50,175 bases of DNA from Candidatus Helarchaeota archaeon. GTDB taxonomy: Archaea > Asgardarchaeota > Lokiarchaeia > Helarchaeales > RDOG01. Positions 47,601-50,175 of the stretch are shown here, one piece after another. Made by a program: the position numbers and the translations under genes. Numbering within the stretch: position 1 is the first letter of the stretch; each line of letters starts with the position of its first letter. The stretch lies in contig JALGVI010000051.1 in the NCBI GenBank assembly GCA_029838215.1, positions 1-50,175 of the forward strand, read 5' to 3'. The notes beneath the pieces were generated by a model that worked only from the letters and a program-made list of their open reading frames with translations, had not been told where the DNA came from and searched no databases.

Positions 47601-48765
47601 AACCGGTGCCAAAAGTAACGCTTCCCGTTACGTTCCATTCACTATAGTCCCAATCAGCTCCGACGTAAAAATTTGAATTAAAAACCGTACTGTAAGTAAT
47701 ATTCGTGATACTAATGATGTCACAACTGAATATTTCATTAGCCGTGATGTTGAAAAGCATTGTTTCGTTCGTTGGTGGGTCCATTTTTTTGGTCCATTCA
47801 CCCATTCGATCTCCTGTTTTCGTTACTGCCGTTCCATTTATTTGCAAACTAATATCCGTGACATTCCGCTCTATCATCAAGGTAGTGTTTAGAGAAAAAT
47901 CCCAATCAAAAACACTCATAATGAAATACCATCGCCAAACTTTGAACTCATTATCATTATCTCCATCCGAATTGTCTCTTGCTCCCCACCATCCAAAATC
48001 AGCATTTGTATTGGCTTCAACGAGACAGATATAGAATGTGTTACTCACGGTTTCAGTCGCGTTTAACACGACAGGATTTACGAAATTCACGGTAACCCAC
48101 CTACTGACTCCGATTTCATATGTTTCCAAATTAAAGCTTTCGACATGGATCTCGCTGTCAGGTTCTTCAAAACCGGGATTTTTAGCATTAAAGATTCTTA
48201 CTTCAAGATCATCACCTGACGCGTCTAACTTATCAATCAACAAATACACTGAGATTTGAGTCAAGTTGCAAGTTTCAGGGATTTGAAACGGTTGATAATA
48301 ATATTTGTAATTATTCTGGCGATAATTTGAGTATAAAATATTCTCTGAGCTTAACAAGTCCATCTCGCCTATCGTATTTTCAATTCCATATACATTCGAG
48401 ATGGTCACGTTCACGTAAGTTGCATTCCAGCCATGGTTTTCTACTTGAAATGTTGAGTTATCGAATATGTCCTTTTTTGGTGAACATGCTTGAGCGAATT
48501 TGACGGCTCCTATTAAATTTCCCGACCCTGAAACGTTATCGTGCTGAACTTCTATATCTCTTATTTGAAGATCTAAATCGGGATTAGACTCAAACTCAGA
48601 ATTTGGATGGTCTGGATTGATAAGGCTATTTTGAAAGGTTAAGAATGAATTAAATGGAATTAATGGAAATATAAAACCAAATGATAATAAAAAAATGCAA
48701 CAAAAAGGGAAAATTTTTAAGGCAAGCCGCATTCTTAGCCACACCACTTTTAAACTAAAATACAT
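44641..48765 (-). CDS. Large single-pass membrane protein: signal peptide, Ig-like extracellular repeats, TM helix, cytoplasmic longin-like domain and wHTH-like tail
   Basis: Hydrophobic N-term; N/T/S-rich beta repeats (G.Y...ST.GL); TM APIWVPLLAALIGIPLLV then YRRPKKKK; IEYLLIVFKDSGLNIY...LMGGFLTAV longin pattern. Confidence 0.75.
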   Translation of the reverse strand: MYFSLKVVWLRMRLALKIFPFCCIFLLSFGFIFPLIPFNSFLTFQNSLINPDHPNSEFESNPDLDLQIRDIEVQHDNVSGSGNLIGAVKFAQACSPKKDIFDNSTFQVENHGWNATYVNVTISNVYGIENTIGEMDLLSSENILYSNYRQNNYKYYYQPFQIPETCNLTQISVYLLIDKLDASGDDLEVRIFNAKNPGFEEPDSEIHVESFNLETYEIGVSRWVTVNFVNPVVLNATETVSNTFYICLVEANTNADFGWWGARDNSDGDNDNEFKVWRWYFIMSVFDWDFSLNTTLMIERNVTDISLQINGTAVTKTGDRMGEWTKKMDPPTNETMLFNITANEIFSCDIISITNITYSTVFNSNFYVGADWDYSEWNVTGSVTFGTGFLNNGINVTIPNWNVENVMINESLHLNWEVLPSSSQVVRILDSQNGTWNILCNSSNFIHNATIELGGVPVQSAFANKTVDIYANFTSYLNDGNANLTVFPIGEGNFSRSKSIVGNLSAEFGSWDINETITNNTGTFYIHIFWSNGSEVGFNRTQFTVISLPSNISYISHNDQLDAGDYVYVFFSYIDNETGNDISGATVTLKNGTDGSDWQRDYLLTQFENGTYRCRLSTTGLKGGISHNVAIIALGRIHQPASIYITFVVSGGIANVTITSGLLIEDGKHVLDPNPFVNTTTSFKIYYYNETIGGLEGARIEADEWVGETISSTDLGLGNYEVFVSTYGLHADNNYTLVVTVQSIGFDPIFLNITIPVHKIPTRIDIPNEYDNLQKYRHEQFDLIIHYYDTFHESSIPQAVPEEGGNVTCSLETLDLTMTRIISTAGFYKATIDLSRITTLKEDTEYNITVKAHAFDFESATVNISIFIKVKINATITLIDPPTDVLQGKSFSISARLALTNGTPIINVPVKFLITYYPSASVVETVELTDENGTTSTIIDSYSGHEDISIIVMYFGNNTYNPVNSTEINVSVTILTSKISISAVPSILETETLLVTFILLYGNNSPIVGGTISVEINMGNLGIRHETASTNEQGKAIISISLLTGSQRIIITATYNGETYITGDDQDFTVTIVPLVAYVTTQAISYAPIWVPLLAALIGIPLLVQFGYRRPKKKKMMRIWKNTEQKFKDIANIEYLLIVFKDSGLNIYNYSFKGETLNYELMGGFLTAVNLFQGEMVEKKDEDVISEDHFELKFKKFIIYVQFYKELMGIFICDEVPSDGLKNRCRQFLGQFRIKFGKHITDFQGQINVFEPAGELVLKHFDLMLMYPHVLKPMDDNAVKGLKGLEAAIYNAAKAIVNQNRYFFIPSLIETISPVRKEPRVQILHIIHGLHAKGIFKAITFEEAAILYETPTKVVQDDKKEKEPKKKDKKHKKN

Positions 48766-48996
48766 AATTCATGAAATAAACAAGTAACTGATCATTTCTT
48801 AAACAGAATATTATGTAACCAGATCAAAATAAAGCTTATGTAATGGAAAACAAAATAAATTTTGACCTATTTAATGGTAAAGCTTCTTTCTACTAGTGAC
48901 AAAGCTTCATTCTACGATATGCACTTATCAGATCTTTTCACGAAATTTAGTGTTTTTTTTAGCCTCGAACTCCCATGTCTTTAGATCAAATTCATC

Positions 48997-50166
48997 TTAT
49001 TTGAAAAATCGGTAATAGATCACGAGAACAGCAATGCCGATGATGGCAAGCGCAATTAATATGAAAACGATGATTGAAACAGGGAGTGCAACATTTTCCC
49101 AAGGTACTTGTTGTTCCAATAATGGAGTCTGACCCAAGGTTACCAAAATGCGTAAGGCATCGTAAGTGGCAGATACAGAAGATTCCGTTCCGGACGGTGA
49201 AGACGCAAATCCTCCACATATCTGTTTTTGGCAACTAAGAACCCAATTTATAACGCTTGCAGTGTTAATGCTACTCAAAGAATCAAGATAAGAAAGAGCC
49301 AAAATCGCAGCTTTCGTAGAACTCATCAAAGAAATCGTGTCGGCAGGTGTTTCTCCAAATCCTCCATCCACATTTTGACAACTTATAATCCAATTTACAG
49401 CCGCCGCCTTATCTAATAGCGTAATTGGTGACATTCCTGCCAAATAAAGACCACCAATTGCCTCAAGACTGGCATATAGACAAAATATTTCCAATGTTGC
49501 ATTTGTCGTAAAAGATCCATGACCATCTGAATTAGAATCCGTTACTTCAGTTGAAGTTATCCAATCCGTCACGTTCGCTATACCACTGAGATCGTTTAAT
49601 GCACTCAATGCTTGAAGTGCAAAATATGTCATTGATAACGTTGGTTCGGAATAATCATATAATTGATATCCACCGCTGACGTTTTGGAGAGAATCAATAA
49701 ACGAAACGGATTGAGTTCGGGCTGAGCCACTGAGAGGATCTATGATGCTTAATGCTAAAATTGAATAAGCGGTAGATAGCATTTCAGGCTGATTCCGGGA
49801 AGATCCCGTATCATTTGCATAACCGCCTTGAGTGGAACCTGCCGTGTTGTTTCTGTGATCATCGATCCAATCGGCGGTCGTGACGGTATTAATTTCAGTT
49901 AATGCACCCAATTGGTTCAAGCAAAAAAGTCCCTTATAAGTTGTTGCTAAGGTGAGTGTCGTGCTTCCCCATGTTTCTTTGATTGCTCCATTTCCATCAT
50001 AGTAAGCACGCTTGACAAAATAAGCCGCTGCTTCCTTCCTCGTTGTCATGAAAGGATTCACGTCTTGGGACTGCGCAAGCACGCCAATCATGAAGAAACT
50101 ACATGTAAAAAGCCCTAGAATCGCTAGCGAAATAACTTGTTTCCGTTTCAATCTCGAGACCTGCAT
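48997..50166 (-). CDS. Prenyltransferase/squalene-oxidase repeat protein with signal peptide and C-terminal TM anchor
   Basis: Repeats of W/F(I)..(C/L)Q..xGG(F/Y)....S....T..AL..L..LG; hydrophobic N- and C-termini. Confidence 0.8.
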   Translation of the reverse strand: MQVSRLKRKQVISLAILGLFTCSFFMIGVLAQSQDVNPFMTTRKEAAAYFVKRAYYDGNGAIKETWGSTTLTLATTYKGLFCLNQLGALTEINTVTTADWIDDHRNNTAGSTQGGYANDTGSSRNQPEMLSTAYSILALSIIDPLSGSARTQSVSFIDSLQNVSGGYQLYDYSEPTLSMTYFALQALSALNDLSGIANVTDWITSTEVTDSNSDGHGSFTTNATLEIFCLYASLEAIGGLYLAGMSPITLLDKAAAVNWIISCQNVDGGFGETPADTISLMSSTKAAILALSYLDSLSSINTASVINWVLSCQKQICGGFASSPSGTESSVSATYDALRILVTLGQTPLLEQQVPWENVALPVSIIVFILIALAIIGIAVLVIYYRFFK

Positions 50167-50175
50167 GAATCTTTG

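Noticed and set aside
36537-50166. Rab plus prenyltransferase-beta as a Rab prenylation system
   Set aside because: The GTPase has no C-terminal Cys; the barrel protein appears exported and lacks Zn ligands; the genes are 12 kb apart
1-50175. The many 60-140 aa ORFs antisense or out of frame inside recognised genes
   Set aside because: They are fully overlapped by well-supported genes, have no motifs, and have shadow-ORF composition
1-50175. rRNA, tRNA, CRISPR array, IS transposase or integrase
   Set aside because: No cloverleaf, rRNA-like stretch, regularly spaced repeats or recombinase motif seen by eye; tRNAscan/Infernal would be needed to exclude small RNAs

Overview
A 50-kb archaeal chromosomal window at about 38% GC (estimated by eye). 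It is almost certainly from an Asgard archaeon, inferred from longin-domain proteins, roadblock proteins, a Rab-like GTPase, a RING-bearing VWA protein and an Ig-TM-longin receptor lying beside archaeal housekeeping genes (PAN, NAC, NreA, TrpB2, Fae/Hps, CysS). I found no rRNA, tRNA, CRISPR array or intact transposase. Most striking: (1) a 34-codon leader ORF missed by the ORF track, ending in five alternating Trp codons (WRWQWCWRWQ), sits just upstream of trpB2 with hairpins and a U-tract, suggesting Trp-sensing ribosome-mediated attenuation in an archaeon; (2) a four-gene operon couples longin and roadblock-like proteins to a corrinoid protein and a UroD/MtaA-like protein lacking Zn ligands, a candidate B12-based sensory module; (3) a stand-alone BAR-like helical protein; (4) a VWA-RING-PCI-like fusion. 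Also present: a toxin-antitoxin islet flanked by 32-bp direct repeats with two decayed antitoxins, a probably inactive free-standing LAGLIDADG protein, and several pseudogenes. All family assignments come from motifs I recognised by eye; no searches were run.
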